Shown: positions 30,156-40,271, numbered from the stretch's first letter. The stretch: 41,423 bases of DNA from a virus (IMGVR_UViG_2728369188_000008:1-41423); one strand, 5' to 3'. The notes: generated from the letters alone by a model not told the origin. Numbers and translations are program-made.

Positions 30156-31571
30156 ATGGCTACGTGGCAACAGGGTATTAATTCTGGTGGTTTTCTGGCT
30201 GGCATTGGTGCGCAAAACGAGAATGCGCCAAAGGCAAGCGACATTAATGCAACGCTTGGTCTGATCCGCGAAAACAATGAACTTGCTCGCTCAGGTGTAA
30301 ATAACGTTGGCCTGACCGCGTTACGTGGTCTGGCTGGAGTTGCTGATATTTACAATCAGGAACAGCAACAGAAAGCTATTAGTGCGTTCAATAAGGTTCA
30401 CGCTGATGCATGGGCTTCTGGTGATCCATCGGGACTATTTAAGTTTGCCCAGGAAAATCCAGCGTTTGTTGCACAGGCACAACAGGCGTTTTCTGGTCTT
30501 AATGATCAGCAACGCAACGATATGGGCGATTTAGCCATGAGGGCTAACGTCGCTCTTTCTCAGGGACCGGAAGCCTACAGTAAATTCATTACTGACAACA
30601 AGGACAGGTTAAATCGCGTTGGTGCTAATGCTGACTGGATGATTCAGACAGGTATCCAGAATCCAGAGCAGCTATCACACATGCTGACTACTATGTCTCT
30701 CGGTGCGCTTGGACCAGAAAAGGCGTTTGCTGTTCAGGATAAGATGGCTGGTCGTGAAATTGACCGAGGCAGGCTGGCAGAGACAATCCGCAGCAATCAG
30801 GCTGGTGAAGCACTTCAGGCGAGAGGGCAAAACCTTTCCTATCAGTCAGCAATGACTGGGCACAATATCGCAGCACAACGTTTGGCTCTGGATCAGCAAG
30901 AGTTCGGGTTTAAGATGCAGCAAGCGCAGGAAAAGGCTCAGCAGTTGATTAGTGAAGCACCTAAGCTGTCAGTAAACATGGAAAAAGGCATCGAGACGGC
31001 TGTAAACAATGCCACAGCATCATCAAACTCAGCCAATTCTATGAGTGCGCTTGCTCAACAGTTCAGAGCAGAAAAACCAACGACAGGTTTGTTCGGTAAC
31101 GCACAGAACATGTTCGCAAAACTTACCGGAAGCGATACGACATTGCGTGATTTGCGCATTCGCCAAAATGCCCTTGTTAACAGTCAGGTTCTTAAATTCC
31201 TACCTCCCGGCCCAGCAACGGATAAAGACGTTGAGATCGTTCGGCAGGGTGCGCCAACTGACATGGATAACCCTGAGACGGTCGCAAGATGGCTTGATGC
31301 AATGGCAAACCTTGAGCGACGAAACGCGCAGTTTAATGAGTTTAAAGCTGAGTGGATGAGCGCGAATGGCAATCCTGGACAATCGCGTAATGGCGGTCAG
31401 ATATTGGGGTTGGATGTTAAAAAAGGTGAATCATTGGGGAGTGCCGTTAAGCGGTATATGTCATTGAATACTGACGCAGCGCCAGCACAAGATTCGACAC
31501 CTTCAGGAGAACCACGGAATCAGGTTGGATCATATACCTCAAAATCAGGCATTCAATTTACGGTGGAATGA
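30156..31571 (+). CDS. Ejection protein (P22 gp20-like)
   Basis: 471 aa; position and size match P22 gene 20. Confidence 0.6.
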   Translation: MATWQQGINSGGFLAGIGAQNENAPKASDINATLGLIRENNELARSGVNNVGLTALRGLAGVADIYNQEQQQKAISAFNKVHADAWASGDPSGLFKFAQENPAFVAQAQQAFSGLNDQQRNDMGDLAMRANVALSQGPEAYSKFITDNKDRLNRVGANADWMIQTGIQNPEQLSHMLTTMSLGALGPEKAFAVQDKMAGREIDRGRLAETIRSNQAGEALQARGQNLSYQSAMTGHNIAAQRLALDQQEFGFKMQQAQEKAQQLISEAPKLSVNMEKGIETAVNNATASSNSANSMSALAQQFRAEKPTTGLFGNAQNMFAKLTGSDTTLRDLRIRQNALVNSQVLKFLPPGPATDKDVEIVRQGAPTDMDNPETVARWLDAMANLERRNAQFNEFKAEWMSANGNPGQSRNGGQILGLDVKKGESLGSAVKRYMSLNTDAAPAQDSTPSGEPRNQVGSYTSKSGIQFTVE

Positions 31572-33703
31572 TGAAAGTAACTGCAAACGGTAAGACATTT
31601 ACCTTTCCTGATGGTACGAGCACCGAAGATATTGGCACCGCCATTGATGAGTATTTTGCTGGTCAGGCTGTTCAGCAACAAACAGTTAATCAGGCCAATA
31701 ATGCACCAACACGGGAAGAACCATCATTGATGCAACAAGCTGGCGATTGGCTCACTGGTGGTCAAAGTGCAGGGCAAATTGCGGAACAGGCTGGTCGTGG
31801 TCTGGTAAACATACCATTTGACGTATTGCAGGGCGGCGCAAGTCTGATTAATGCAATCAGCCAGGGGCTTGGTGGCCCCAAGGTTTTGGACGATGTCTAT
31901 CGTCCAGTCGATCGACCGACAGACCCTTACGCGCAAGCCGGTGAAACAATTGGTGGGTATCTCCTGCCAATTGGCACAGCGGCAAAAGCTGCTGGAGCGC
32001 CAGCAAAGCTCGCTGGAGATATCGGTTCCGCAGGAAACATGATTGCAGGTTCTCTTGCTGATGCTGCAAATCAGGAGGGCGACTTTGCACAAAATGCTGC
32101 CATTAACGGTGGTATCAATATTGGTGCTCAGGGGATACTTTCTGGGGCTGGAAGGATCTTAACCTCTAAATCACCTCAAGTTCTTGGTGGCGGGGCAATA
32201 AATTCCGCTGCTGATGTTTCGAAAATGGCAAAGTCTGGTACAGGAAGAGAGATTATTGCCAGACAGTCAGCTAATGTGTCAGACGAAATAGCAAAAGCAG
32301 CAGATACTGCTGGAATAGATATCAACGCATTAACTCCTGGCATGAGATCAGGTAGTCGTGGTCTTGCTCAGGCGGAGGGGATTCTGGCGTCAAAGCCCGG
32401 AATTACACAGGATGCACACACCAAAGCATTCAGTGAAATAGAGTCGAAATTTAACTCAGCATTGGATGAGTTTGGGGCTGAAGCAGGAACTGCATCAGAA
32501 AAAAGTGCAGCCATAAAACAAAGGGTTTTGGCAAGTATTGATAAAATGAAAAATTCAGAAAAGGCCGCATGGGATAGCGTCCGCTCCACGATGCCTGACG
32601 CAAAGGCCAGAATGTCAAACCTGAACGCTACAATTCAGGGTGATATTTTGGCTGGCATGCCGCTAACTCCTGAGATGAAACAATTCGCATCTGCTTATGC
32701 TAAAACTGGTAAAAAAGGAATCACGTTTGATGCCATGAAGGCATGGCGAAGTAAACTTGCTGACGCAGAGCAGAAGTATATAAGGTCTGGTGAGGCAAAT
32801 ACGGCAAGGCGCATGGCTGAGCTTCGTGATGCAGCAACGGAAGATATGCGCATAATGGCTCAAAATGGCGGTTTTCTTGATGACTGGCAAAAAGCTAATG
32901 ATCTGTCAAAGGCAAGATTTACAGCACAAGAACAGGCTGAAGCAGCGTTTGGTAGAGACCTTGCAACTGATCAGTTGGTAACTAATGGATCTAAGGCGTT
33001 ACAGGGTTCAGCAAAAAGTGGAACAGGTCAGTTCCATAAAATAATAAGCGCCCTACCTGAGTCGGAACGCGCGCCAGCAATTGCATCAATATTACAAGAT
33101 GCAATGTCGCAAGGGGTACGCGGAGGTAAGTCTGAAGAGGCTGGAATTAAGCATATCGCGACTATTCTTACCCCACAAAACGTGAAGGCAATTAGTCGAT
33201 ATTCTCCAGAACTTGGCAGGATTACAAGTTCATACGGAGAACTTGCACGAGCAGCAACAAAGCCACTTCGATATGTTGAACAGACAGGGCGATCTATGCC
33301 AGCCATTAGCACTCTTGAGAATGGCCTTCATCCAGTTTTAGAGAGCGCATTGTCTGGCGCTTTTAGAACTACTGGCACTATCGCAGGGTTCTCTGGAGGA
33401 GGCGTTATTGGAGCAATAGCGGGTGGCGCTGCAGGTGGGGCAATTGATGCAATGGCAAAAGGAGCGATAGCGAAATTATCCGCAACTAGAAGCGGTCGTT
33501 ACGCTATTGAAAAGGCTGTTCAAGAGGCAACAAAGGCAGTTAAGGTTGGGGCAAGTGATGGTGCATTAGCGGCGGCGGAACGCAGATTTATGGCAAATAA
33601 GGCCGCCGTAAAAGCAATACGCGAGGCACTAGGAAACGAAGAGTTCCAGCGTTTAGCAAGAGCTGGAATTGTGGCATCGCTAAGCGGAATGGCACAGGAG
33701 TAA
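31568..33703 (+). CDS. Ejection protein (P22 gp16-like)
   Basis: 711 aa; Gly/Ala-rich segments; last gene of the ejection-protein series. Confidence 0.6.
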   Translation: MMKVTANGKTFTFPDGTSTEDIGTAIDEYFAGQAVQQQTVNQANNAPTREEPSLMQQAGDWLTGGQSAGQIAEQAGRGLVNIPFDVLQGGASLINAISQGLGGPKVLDDVYRPVDRPTDPYAQAGETIGGYLLPIGTAAKAAGAPAKLAGDIGSAGNMIAGSLADAANQEGDFAQNAAINGGINIGAQGILSGAGRILTSKSPQVLGGGAINSAADVSKMAKSGTGREIIARQSANVSDEIAKAADTAGIDINALTPGMRSGSRGLAQAEGILASKPGITQDAHTKAFSEIESKFNSALDEFGAEAGTASEKSAAIKQRVLASIDKMKNSEKAAWDSVRSTMPDAKARMSNLNATIQGDILAGMPLTPEMKQFASAYAKTGKKGITFDAMKAWRSKLADAEQKYIRSGEANTARRMAELRDAATEDMRIMAQNGGFLDDWQKANDLSKARFTAQEQAEAAFGRDLATDQLVTNGSKALQGSAKSGTGQFHKIISALPESERAPAIASILQDAMSQGVRGGKSEEAGIKHIATILTPQNVKAISRYSPELGRITSSYGELARAATKPLRYVEQTGRSMPAISTLENGLHPVLESALSGAFRTTGTIAGFSGGGVIGAIAGGAAGGAIDAMAKGAIAKLSATRSGRYAIEKAVQEATKAVKVGASDGALAAAERRFMANKAAVKAIREALGNEEFQRLARAGIVASLSGMAQE

Positions 33704-34033
33704 TTAGTCATCCATGGATGGATTGAGCTTATCTCGTGTTGATGTGGCAATTTTCCCAACATTTTTCAACCAAGATTTTAAGAAGGATATGTCGTCCTTA
33801 ATATCATGAATATCCTCATTCTTTATACGCTCAACCTTATCCTCTAAGCTCTCTATAGAACGCTCAATGCTAGACAGAGAGATTTTTAAGTCCCCTTGCT
33901 CACGTTCCAGTGAGGATTTGAGAGCACAATATTCGTTTTCTAGAATTCCTATTTTTTTTGTTAGAGAGTGCATTCGATACTCATACACCAAACCAGAAAC
34001 GACTAATGCAGCCAACAGAAACCATTCAAGCAC
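33704..34033 (-). CDS. Hypothetical membrane-anchored coiled-coil protein (109 aa), candidate superinfection-exclusion factor
   Basis: N-terminal TM helix LEWFLLAALVVSGLVY followed by a charged helical region; convergent with gp16-like; occupies the P22 sieA position. Confidence 0.45.
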   Translation of the reverse strand: MLEWFLLAALVVSGLVYEYRMHSLTKKIGILENEYCALKSSLEREQGDLKISLSSIERSIESLEDKVERIKNEDIHDIKDDISFLKSWLKNVGKIATSTRDKLNPSMDD

Positions 34034-34112
34034 ACCAACCTCCTTAGTTTTGAGCAGGATACCAGATGATGTATAGGAGTGGGAGTAAAGTTAGTCGGTG
34101 ATAGAACGGTGG

Positions 34113-34141
34113 TTGCATAATGATATCACGTGACGTAGAAT
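34113..34141 (+). promoter_or_regulatory. Candidate sigma70 promoter for the 34209-35233 operon
   Basis: TTGCAT (34113-34118), 17-nt spacer, TAGAAT (34136-34141); spacer contains the palindrome TGATATCA. Confidence 0.5.
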
Positions 34142-34208
34142 TACTGCGCATAGCGTGTATTCAATGGATACATAGCTATTGATAATCTCCGATAAGAAGG
34201 AGGTTTGT

Positions 34209-34775
34209 ATGAGCAATGAGACTAATGGGATTGATGAAATGTTTAGCTTGAACGCTGCCAAAGCTGGAGTCGCAATAGGTTTGCTATTACAGCAAGCTTC
34301 TGCGTTCAGTTGTGAGGTGGTTGTTACTGATAACGTTCAGCACGCTTACCATCAATCCTCATTCAGCAGTGAACGGGCTAATGATGAGCTTCATGAGGCG
34401 GTGTCTTCGATTAAAGAATTGTCTCGAATGCTGAAATACGCTTATCGTGTTCTTGCAAACGCTACCGATGAGAATGTAGACAATGTGTTGTCTATCATTG
34501 AACCAGAAAAGTCTCGATTGATAGAGCATCAATTGAGAGGACTTGAAGGGGCAATGAAATCGGTATTCAAAGAAGCTTCTGCTGATTTTAAAGAGATCGC
34601 AAGAGATATCTATATCGTTGTTGCTGATGCTAGATCTGCCGTAACTAACCTGAATAGTCTTATTAAACAACGCTCATGTGTTCCGGTTGTTTTTGATAGT
34701 TCCGTAGATATGGCTGGTTTGCGTGCGCTTGCTGAGCACGGGACTCGTGTGTTTCACTCTGGTAACTTCCACTGA
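34209..34775 (+). CDS. Hypothetical helical protein (188 aa), first gene of a two-gene accessory operon
   Basis: ATG at 34209 preceded by AAGAAGGAGG; no TM segment and no motif recognised; 8 nt upstream of the YafO-like gene. Track ORF 34179-34775 trimmed. Confidence 0.6.
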   Translation: MSNETNGIDEMFSLNAAKAGVAIGLLLQQASAFSCEVVVTDNVQHAYHQSSFSSERANDELHEAVSSIKELSRMLKYAYRVLANATDENVDNVLSIIEPEKSRLIEHQLRGLEGAMKSVFKEASADFKEIARDIYIVVADARSAVTNLNSLIKQRSCVPVVFDSSVDMAGLRALAEHGTRVFHSGNFH

Positions 34776-34783
34776 GGTAAAAC

Positions 34784-35233
34784 ATGCAAGTAACCGTGGA
34801 ATATAATCAGGATAGTTTTGACTATTTTTTCTCCCCGGTTTTTGTTGAGTTTCCTGATTTAAAACAAACACTTGTAGATGATTTTATCATCTACAAGTCT
34901 ACGGGAACGTTGCCCAGCTATTTTGGCAGAGACACCTCTTATCATCGGCCTCCTGATATTGAAGATGCAGGTCTTATGCACCTTCATTTAGCAATTGGTG
35001 AAAATAAATTTGAGCCAATAAAAAATGGCACAGATATCAGCACACCGCAAAAGTTGCAGTGGCATAAAACATCCAATACCGCTCTCGTTTATGCACAAAA
35101 TCTTTTTGATGAGAACAGGTATTCATTGATTGCTCTTTTTCATCCTGTAGCTCACATGTCTGCTAACAATCATAATAGAATGAGAGTGTTAGCAGGGTAT
35201 GCGAGAGACTTTAGAAACACTATGTTTGACTAA
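34784..35233 (+). CDS. YafO-like toxin-family protein (149 aa)
   Basis: Motifs DDFIIYK, LPSYFGRD, HLHLA, ALVYAQNLFDE, SANNHNRM and RDFR align with what I recall of E. coli YafO; GAGG RBS; intrinsic terminator follows. Confidence 0.55.
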   Translation: MQVTVEYNQDSFDYFFSPVFVEFPDLKQTLVDDFIIYKSTGTLPSYFGRDTSYHRPPDIEDAGLMHLHLAIGENKFEPIKNGTDISTPQKLQWHKTSNTALVYAQNLFDENRYSLIALFHPVAHMSANNHNRMRVLAGYARDFRNTMFD

Positions 35234-35257
35234 ACCCGCCGTCAGGTGGGTTTTTTA
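35234..35257 (+). terminator. Intrinsic terminator after the YafO-like gene
   Basis: ACCCGCC-GTCA-GGTGGGT hairpin followed by TTTTTT; overlaps the convergent mnt-like stop. Confidence 0.7.
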
Positions 35258-35496
35258 TCTTCTCCGTACATGCTACTGAGAGTCTTAAGAAGAGCCTCCC
35301 TAAATTTTTCAGATTCTTGTTGAGCAAAACCTTCTATTGATCTTGGTGATTTTTCTTCATCAATAGCAGCTTGCAAGATCATAACTATTTCTGAATTTAA
35401 TGAGCGTCCGTTTTTCGATGCTCTTATGGTCAGGTCGCGCTTGAGGCTATCTGGCATTCTTACGCTATATGGGGCTATGTCTCTAACCTTCGTCAT
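35242..35496 (-). CDS. mnt: Mnt-like ribbon-helix-helix repressor
   Basis: 84 aa; N-terminal RHH segment SVRMPDSLKRDLTIRASKNGRSLNSEIVMILQ; divergent from the arc/ant operon as in P22 immI. Confidence 0.75.
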   Translation of the reverse strand: MTKVRDIAPYSVRMPDSLKRDLTIRASKNGRSLNSEIVMILQAAIDEEKSPRSIEGFAQQESEKFREALLKTLSSMYGEDKKPT

Positions 35497-35499
35497 ACT

Positions 35500-35585
35500 T
35501 ACACCGTGATAATCACATTGATATCACAGTGTATTCAAAAAAATTTTGACTTGATATAGTCACAGTGATATGTTTGTGATTCACA
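35500..35585. promoter_or_regulatory. Divergent Pmnt/Pant promoter region with palindromic operator candidates
   Basis: Palindromes GTGATAATCAC (35506-35516), TGATATCA (35518-35525), TCACAGTGA (35560-35568); Pant -35 TTGACT 35546-35551, -10 TATGTT 35569-35574. Confidence 0.6.
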
Positions 35586-35605
35586 ATAACTCACATGGTG
35601 GCGGT

Positions 35606-35758
35606 ATGGAAAAAGAAGTTAGCAGAATTTTGGTGAGAATGCCTCAGTCGCTAAAAGATGCGATTACAGGAAAGGCCAAAGAAGAATGCCGGTCGTTTAA
35701 CTCGGAAGTGATTAAGCGATTGCTGGACAGCCTGAAGAGAGAGGGGGTAGTGGTATGA
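35606..35758 (+). CDS. arc: Arc-like ribbon-helix-helix repressor
   Basis: 50 aa from the internal Met of track ORF 35570-35758; RHH segment VRMPQSLKDAITGKAKEECRSFNSEVIKRL. Confidence 0.7.
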   Translation: MEKEVSRILVRMPQSLKDAITGKAKEECRSFNSEVIKRLLDSLKREGVVV

Positions 35759-35946
35759 AAAACCGCAGATGTTGTTTTTGTGGGTGTAGTAAAGAAACGA
35801 CTGGCAGGGGCTTTGTTGTGTCAAAAAATACCGAAGAAGCAATTTGTGACTCATGCGTTACAGATATTGTTATTTTCATGCATGGCGAGAAGGGGTTAGA
35901 TGAAAAGCTAGAGAGTATTCCAGTTGAAGGCGCTGATAAAAGTTGA
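35755..35946 (+). CDS. Small Cys-rich (zinc-ribbon-like) protein, translationally coupled to arc
   Basis: 63 aa with CCFCGC...CDSC; GAGGGGG RBS; ATG overlaps arc stop (ATGA). Confidence 0.5.
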   Translation: MKNRRCCFCGCSKETTGRGFVVSKNTEEAICDSCVTDIVIFMHGEKGLDEKLESIPVEGADKS

Positions 35947-36008
35947 AGCCCCAACTGCGGGAACAGTCAGGGCTTCGGTATCAACAAATCGGATTAGGAA
36001 ATATTGAC

Positions 36009-36887
36009 ATGAAAAGTATAGCAAAGGCACAAAACGATTTCACCATCTTCAAATTCGGCGACAGTGAAATCCGCGTCATCAACAAATGCGGTGAGCCGTG
36101 GTTTGTAGCAAAAGATGTTTGTGATGCTTTAACCCTGACTAACTCACGCAAGGCGCTTACTGCACTTGATGACGATGAAAAGGGAGTAACTTTAAGTTAC
36201 ACCCTTGGTGGTGAGCAGAATCTAAGCATTGTTAGCGAATCAGGTATGTATACATTGGTTCTGCGCTGCCGCGATGCTGTCAATAAAGGTTCGGTCCCGC
36301 ACAAATTCCGCAAGTGGGTAACAGCAGAAGTTCTACCTTCAATTCGCAAACATGGCGAGTATGTGAAAGGCAAGAAAACCACTGTTGAGGAAAGAACGCC
36401 GCTACGCGATGCAGTAAACATGCTGGTAGGAAAGAAAGGACTTCGCTATGACGATGCATACAATATGGTTCATCAGCGTTTTGGTATTGACAGCATTGAT
36501 GAACTTTCAATTGAACAAATCCCGCTGGCCGTAGAGTACATCCACAGGGTAGTGCTTGAAGGCGAGTTTATCGGCAAACAAGAGAAGAAGACCAACGATC
36601 TTTCTGCAAAAGAAGCAAACAGTCTTGTATGGTTATGGGATTATGCCAACCGCTCACAGGCATTATTCCGCGAACTGTATCCGGCGCTAAAACAAATTCA
36701 ATCGAACTATTCCGGCAGATGCTACGACTACGGTCATGAATTCTCGTATGTTATCGGAATGGCGAGAGACGTTTTAATAAACCACACACGAGATGTTGAT
36801 ATTAATGAGCCAGACGGACCAACGAATCTTTCCGCATGGATGAGACTTAAGAATAAAGAATTACCTCCTTCAGTACATAACTACTGA
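36009..36887 (+). CDS. ant: Antirepressor Ant (Bro-N domain)
   Basis: N-terminal Bro-N motif [16 protein letters not shown]...; start at internal ATG with AGGAAA RBS (track ORF 35943-36887 begins at a TTG). Confidence 0.8.
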   Translation: MKSIAKAQNDFTIFKFGDSEIRVINKCGEPWFVAKDVCDALTLTNSRKALTALDDDEKGVTLSYTLGGEQNLSIVSESGMYTLVLRCRDAVNKGSVPHKFRKWVTAEVLPSIRKHGEYVKGKKTTVEERTPLRDAVNMLVGKKGLRYDDAYNMVHQRFGIDSIDELSIEQIPLAVEYIHRVVLEGEFIGKQEKKTNDLSAKEANSLVWLWDYANRSQALFRELYPALKQIQSNYSGRCYDYGHEFSYVIGMARDVLINHTRDVDINEPDGPTNLSAWMRLKNKELPPSVHNY

Positions 36888-36905
36888 CAGATAACCAACG
36901 CAACG

Positions 36906-36930
36906 ACCCAGCTTCGGCTGGGTTTTTTTA
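36906..36930 (+). terminator. Intrinsic terminator after ant
   Basis: ACCCAGC-TTCG-GCTGGGT hairpin followed by TTTTTTTAT. Confidence 0.8.
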
Positions 36931-36987
36931 TGCCCAAAATTCACCGTAGCTACGCTGCGGCGATTCCTTGTATCTGGAGCAAATTAA

Positions 36988-39090
36988 ATGACAGACATTA
37001 CAGCCAATGTGATCGTATCGATGCCTTCGCAACTCTTCACTATGGCTCGTTCTTTTAAAGCCGTAGCCAATGGCAAAATTTATATAGGTAAAATTGACAC
37101 TGACCCTGTAAATCCTGAAAACCAGATTCAGGTTTATGTGGAGAACGAAGACGGCTCTCACGTTCCTGTATCGCAACCAATCATCATTAACGCTGCTGGA
37201 TATCCGGTATATAACGGACAGATTGCCAAGTTCGTTACTGTGCAGGGCCATTCTATGGCTGTTTATGATGCGTATGGTTCTCAGCAGTTCTATTTTCCAA
37301 ATATTTTAAAGTACGATCCTGACCAATTGAGGCAGGAATTAAGCAATCCTGCAGATGGCGTCGGCGATGCTTTGATCGCTGTAAAACAGCCTGTTGATGG
37401 CTCGATTGCTGTAACTCAGCATGATAAAAACGCTGAGAACATCAGTGCGATTGATTTTGGTGCTAAGGGTGATGGTGTCACTAACGATGTTGCGGCTTTG
37501 CAACTGATGGCTACCAAGGTGGGTTATATCCGCCTCACGAGAGGAAGTTACTTCCTTACCACCTCTACCATTGATGTTCCAGTCATCTTCGAAGATGGTG
37601 CGGCTTTAGTTTCGGCGCAGAGCAACACTGTCACCATCACTGGCGCTGTCACCTCGATTCGTCAGTGGATATTTAAAGGTGATGGCCTGTACTCGCTGAG
37701 TAATGACACTAACAGCGGTGAAAACTCCAGGGAGATTCACGCGTCATGGTTTGGCGTATTTCCAACCGGCACAACCGAAATAGACCAGTCAACCGCGCTT
37801 AATAAGGCACTGTCCTCTCTTGGTACATCGCGAGAGGGAGTCGTTCATTTTGATATTGGTCGCTATACGCTGGGAGCTGCCGTGCAGGTTCCCCGTGCGA
37901 TTGAGATCAGAGGGAAAGGAAGTCGCAGGACAATTTTTAACGTAACAGCCAACGGCTTCGACGTTTTCACTCCTCAGGCTAACGGGGTTAAGTTCACTGG
38001 AATTCAGTTTGAGCCATCACCAAACCTGTCGACAGGATTCCGAAGCGCTGGACACTGGATAAACCTGTCTCAGCAACTTTGCGAGGTAGATGATGTCTGG
38101 ATGGGAAGGGCATTCCAGAGCCTGAAAGTTACCGCAGGGCAGTGCAAGCTGCGACGTATATCAGCGACCTATTCAGAGAACGTGGGTTCTGGTTCTTATC
38201 TGATTTCAATTCAGGGATCAGATTGCTCGCTGGAAGGCGTGCACGTTGCCAGTTCAAACTTTGGTCCAACGAGGATAGTTGAGGTTGGTGGTGAAACAAC
38301 ATCAAACGTGTCAAATGTCCTGGTTGATAATGTCACCTTCAATAACCCATCCATTGGCATTTCAATCAACACCACCGTGAGGATCATATCAGGAATAATC
38401 ATTCGCGCTATTCGCTGCAAAGGTAATGCAACCTATCCTGCGATTCGTTGTGTTGAGCTGACAACATCAGGGGCCGGAACAGGCAATATTAATAATGTGG
38501 TGATTGATGGAGTGACGGCTAATGAATACGTTACTCACTGCCTGCTTATTTCCCAGGGGAATAGCGGGTCAATCACCAAGGTGTCCGCGAGCAACTTTAA
38601 GGTAAATGGATCCACAGGGGTTGGGATTAACTTTGTTCAAACGCTTGGCAGCCTTTCAACAATAGTCATCGGTGACACTGTGGATGTTTCGGCATATGCA
38701 ACTCCTTACCAGTACAGCGGAACAATGAGTAATGTTGTGGTGGCTGCGGAAGCTAACCCAATTACTAACACTGCTCTATGTTACGACTACACAATTAATG
38801 ATGACTCAGTTGTTTCCATTGATCTTCACAGACAAATGTTTACTGGATTCCTGATGGTAAGTGTGGGTGCCGAGGAGTATGCAATTCTCGTTATAAGAGC
38901 TGCGGCAAGCCAGAGAATATTGACTGTGCAGGTTTCAGGGAACGTCAATACAACAACAGGCGTATTAACTGGAACAACCGGTGCTGATGGAAAATTTACT
39001 ATTGGGATAGCGAACAGCGCCCTCTATTTTGAGAACAGGCTTGGCAACTCTCAGCGAGTAAGTGTTTCAACACTATTTGGCATTCGTTAA
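36988..39090 (+). CDS. Tailspike protein (P22 gp9-like head-binding N-terminus, divergent receptor-binding body)
   Basis: First ~115 aa ([13 protein letters not shown]...[27 protein letters not shown]...[13 protein letters not shown]...LKYDPDQ) match the P22 gp9 head-binding domain; remainder differs. Confidence 0.85.
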   Translation: MTDITANVIVSMPSQLFTMARSFKAVANGKIYIGKIDTDPVNPENQIQVYVENEDGSHVPVSQPIIINAAGYPVYNGQIAKFVTVQGHSMAVYDAYGSQQFYFPNILKYDPDQLRQELSNPADGVGDALIAVKQPVDGSIAVTQHDKNAENISAIDFGAKGDGVTNDVAALQLMATKVGYIRLTRGSYFLTTSTIDVPVIFEDGAALVSAQSNTVTITGAVTSIRQWIFKGDGLYSLSNDTNSGENSREIHASWFGVFPTGTTEIDQSTALNKALSSLGTSREGVVHFDIGRYTLGAAVQVPRAIEIRGKGSRRTIFNVTANGFDVFTPQANGVKFTGIQFEPSPNLSTGFRSAGHWINLSQQLCEVDDVWMGRAFQSLKVTAGQCKLRRISATYSENVGSGSYLISIQGSDCSLEGVHVASSNFGPTRIVEVGGETTSNVSNVLVDNVTFNNPSIGISINTTVRIISGIIIRAIRCKGNATYPAIRCVELTTSGAGTGNINNVVIDGVTANEYVTHCLLISQGNSGSITKVSASNFKVNGSTGVGINFVQTLGSLSTIVIGDTVDVSAYATPYQYSGTMSNVVVAAEANPITNTALCYDYTINDDSVVSIDLHRQMFTGFLMVSVGAEEYAILVIRAAASQRILTVQVSGNVNTTTGVLTGTTGADGKFTIGIANSALYFENRLGNSQRVSVSTLFGIR

Positions 39091-39093
39091 CAA

Positions 39094-39117
39094 GGCGACT
39101 AAGTCGTCTTTTTTATT
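39094..39117 (+). terminator. Intrinsic terminator after the tailspike gene
   Basis: GGCGAC-TAA-GTCGTC hairpin (one G-U pair) followed by TTTTTTATTT. Confidence 0.65.
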
Positions 39118-39128
39118 TGGAGATAGAA

Positions 39129-39470
39129 ATGCCTCAATTCTTTAACTCTTCTACGCCTGTCACGTCTTATGTAGCGTATCTGAGCGGAATCGTAGCACCA
39201 TCATTCCAGCTGTCGGTATCAGGACCTGGCACCCAACCGACTGGTCACTGCACCAACAGGCGGCGCGAGCGCCATCATGGGGTACAACGCCGCGATAACC
39301 ACCAACCTGATTACAGTGAACGAATCACCTAATGGTACGGGAGGTGTGCTGAAAGTAACAAACATCGGCCCCGGCAACGTGCACGGATGGATTCCCGCAG
39401 GAAAGTATGTGCGGATCAGGACAGTAGCAGCCAGCGGTACGCCGACCTTCACTTATGTGAGGGGGGGAAG
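39129..39470 (+). pseudogene. Possible decayed coding remnant with frame break and G7 homopolymer
   Basis: Two overlapping frames (track ORFs 39117-39332 and 39277-39648) each protein-like for a stretch (e.g. TGGVLKVTNIGPGNVHGWIPAGKYVRIRTVAASGTPTFTYV); run of seven G at 39461-39467. Confidence 0.3.
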
Positions 39471-39477
39471 AAGTGCT

Positions 39478-39573
39478 TCAATAATCGTTATCCACATCAT
39501 CAGCCGCCGACCTGAATATCAGCCAGGCGGCGATCACAAACACCAATGCAACCCCACCAATTGCCAACCACAT
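39478..39573 (-). CDS. Candidate 31-aa single-pass membrane peptide
   Basis: Minus-strand ORF MWLAIGGVALVFVIAAWLIFRSAADDVDNDY with one hydrophobic helix; weak RBS. Below ORF-track cutoff. Confidence 0.25.
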   Translation of the reverse strand: MWLAIGGVALVFVIAAWLIFRSAADDVDNDY

Positions 39574-39708
39574 AGACACCCCCGCTTCGACAATCTAAAT
39601 CTCCTTGCTTCTCATGGTCTTTTCAATTCGTGCATTCGATCTTCTTGATCAAATTCACTGATCGATATTACTGTATATGCATACAGTAATCATCAGGAGG
39701 GACAAGCG

Positions 39709-39948
39709 ATGCCCCGAGACTACGACATTCCATATGCTTTCACGCTAGCCATCACACCAAACGCCAGAGGTGTGCAGGTCGTCGCCACATCAGTATTCCG
39801 CCGTGAACTACACAAGCTTAATCACGACTGGACTCTGCAGCGCTGCAATGAGTGGATAATTAGCAGGCAGACGTTCTTCGCGGACATCACCGAAGGTGAT
39901 TCAGTTGATGGTACTTACGCGCTACGCAACATGGGGAGGGTTCTCTAA
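39709..39948 (+). CDS. Hypothetical protein (79 aa), possibly ImpC-like leader gene of a decayed mutagenesis operon
   Basis: Good RBS CAGGAGGGA; stop overlaps start of the umuD-like remnant (TAATG). Confidence 0.45.
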   Translation: MPRDYDIPYAFTLAITPNARGVQVVATSVFRRELHKLNHDWTLQRCNEWIISRQTFFADITEGDSVDGTYALRNMGRVL

Positions 39949-40267
39949 TGGGATTTCCTTCACCGGCAACTGATTATGTTGAAGAACGCATTAACCTCAA
40001 CCGCATATTCATACCCAATCCAGCGAACACCTTCATGATTGAGACATCGACCGGCTGCATTCTGGTTGACAGGGTGGCTAAGGTTTCGCCTGGCGATTTG
40101 GTTGCGTTCCAGATGGAGGCAATCCCATGCTTGGAAAATGGTACCCGAAGCACCTGATGACGGATGACGGTTTGATAGAGGGTGAGCAACTGGAAGAGGT
40201 AATAGTGCTGGGTGCGGTGACGGTGGAAGTGCTGACGCTGGATGAGAAGTGGAGGCCGACTATATAG
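39948..40267 (+). pseudogene. umuD/impA-like (peptidase S24) remnant, truncated and frameshifted
   Basis: Begins MGFPSPATDYVEERINLN, resembling UmuD around the Cys24-Gly25 cleavage site; the GDSM active-site Ser region is missing; C-terminal similarity (EEVIVLGAVTVEV) continues in another frame from about 40125. Confidence 0.55.
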
Positions 40268-40271
40268 GGGA

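Noticed and set aside
39277-39648. 123-aa plus-strand ORF treated as one intact gene
   Set aside because: Its C-terminal half is the antisense translation of the hydrophobic minus-strand peptide and looks non-protein-like; the region is better explained as a decayed remnant with a frame break at the G7 run.
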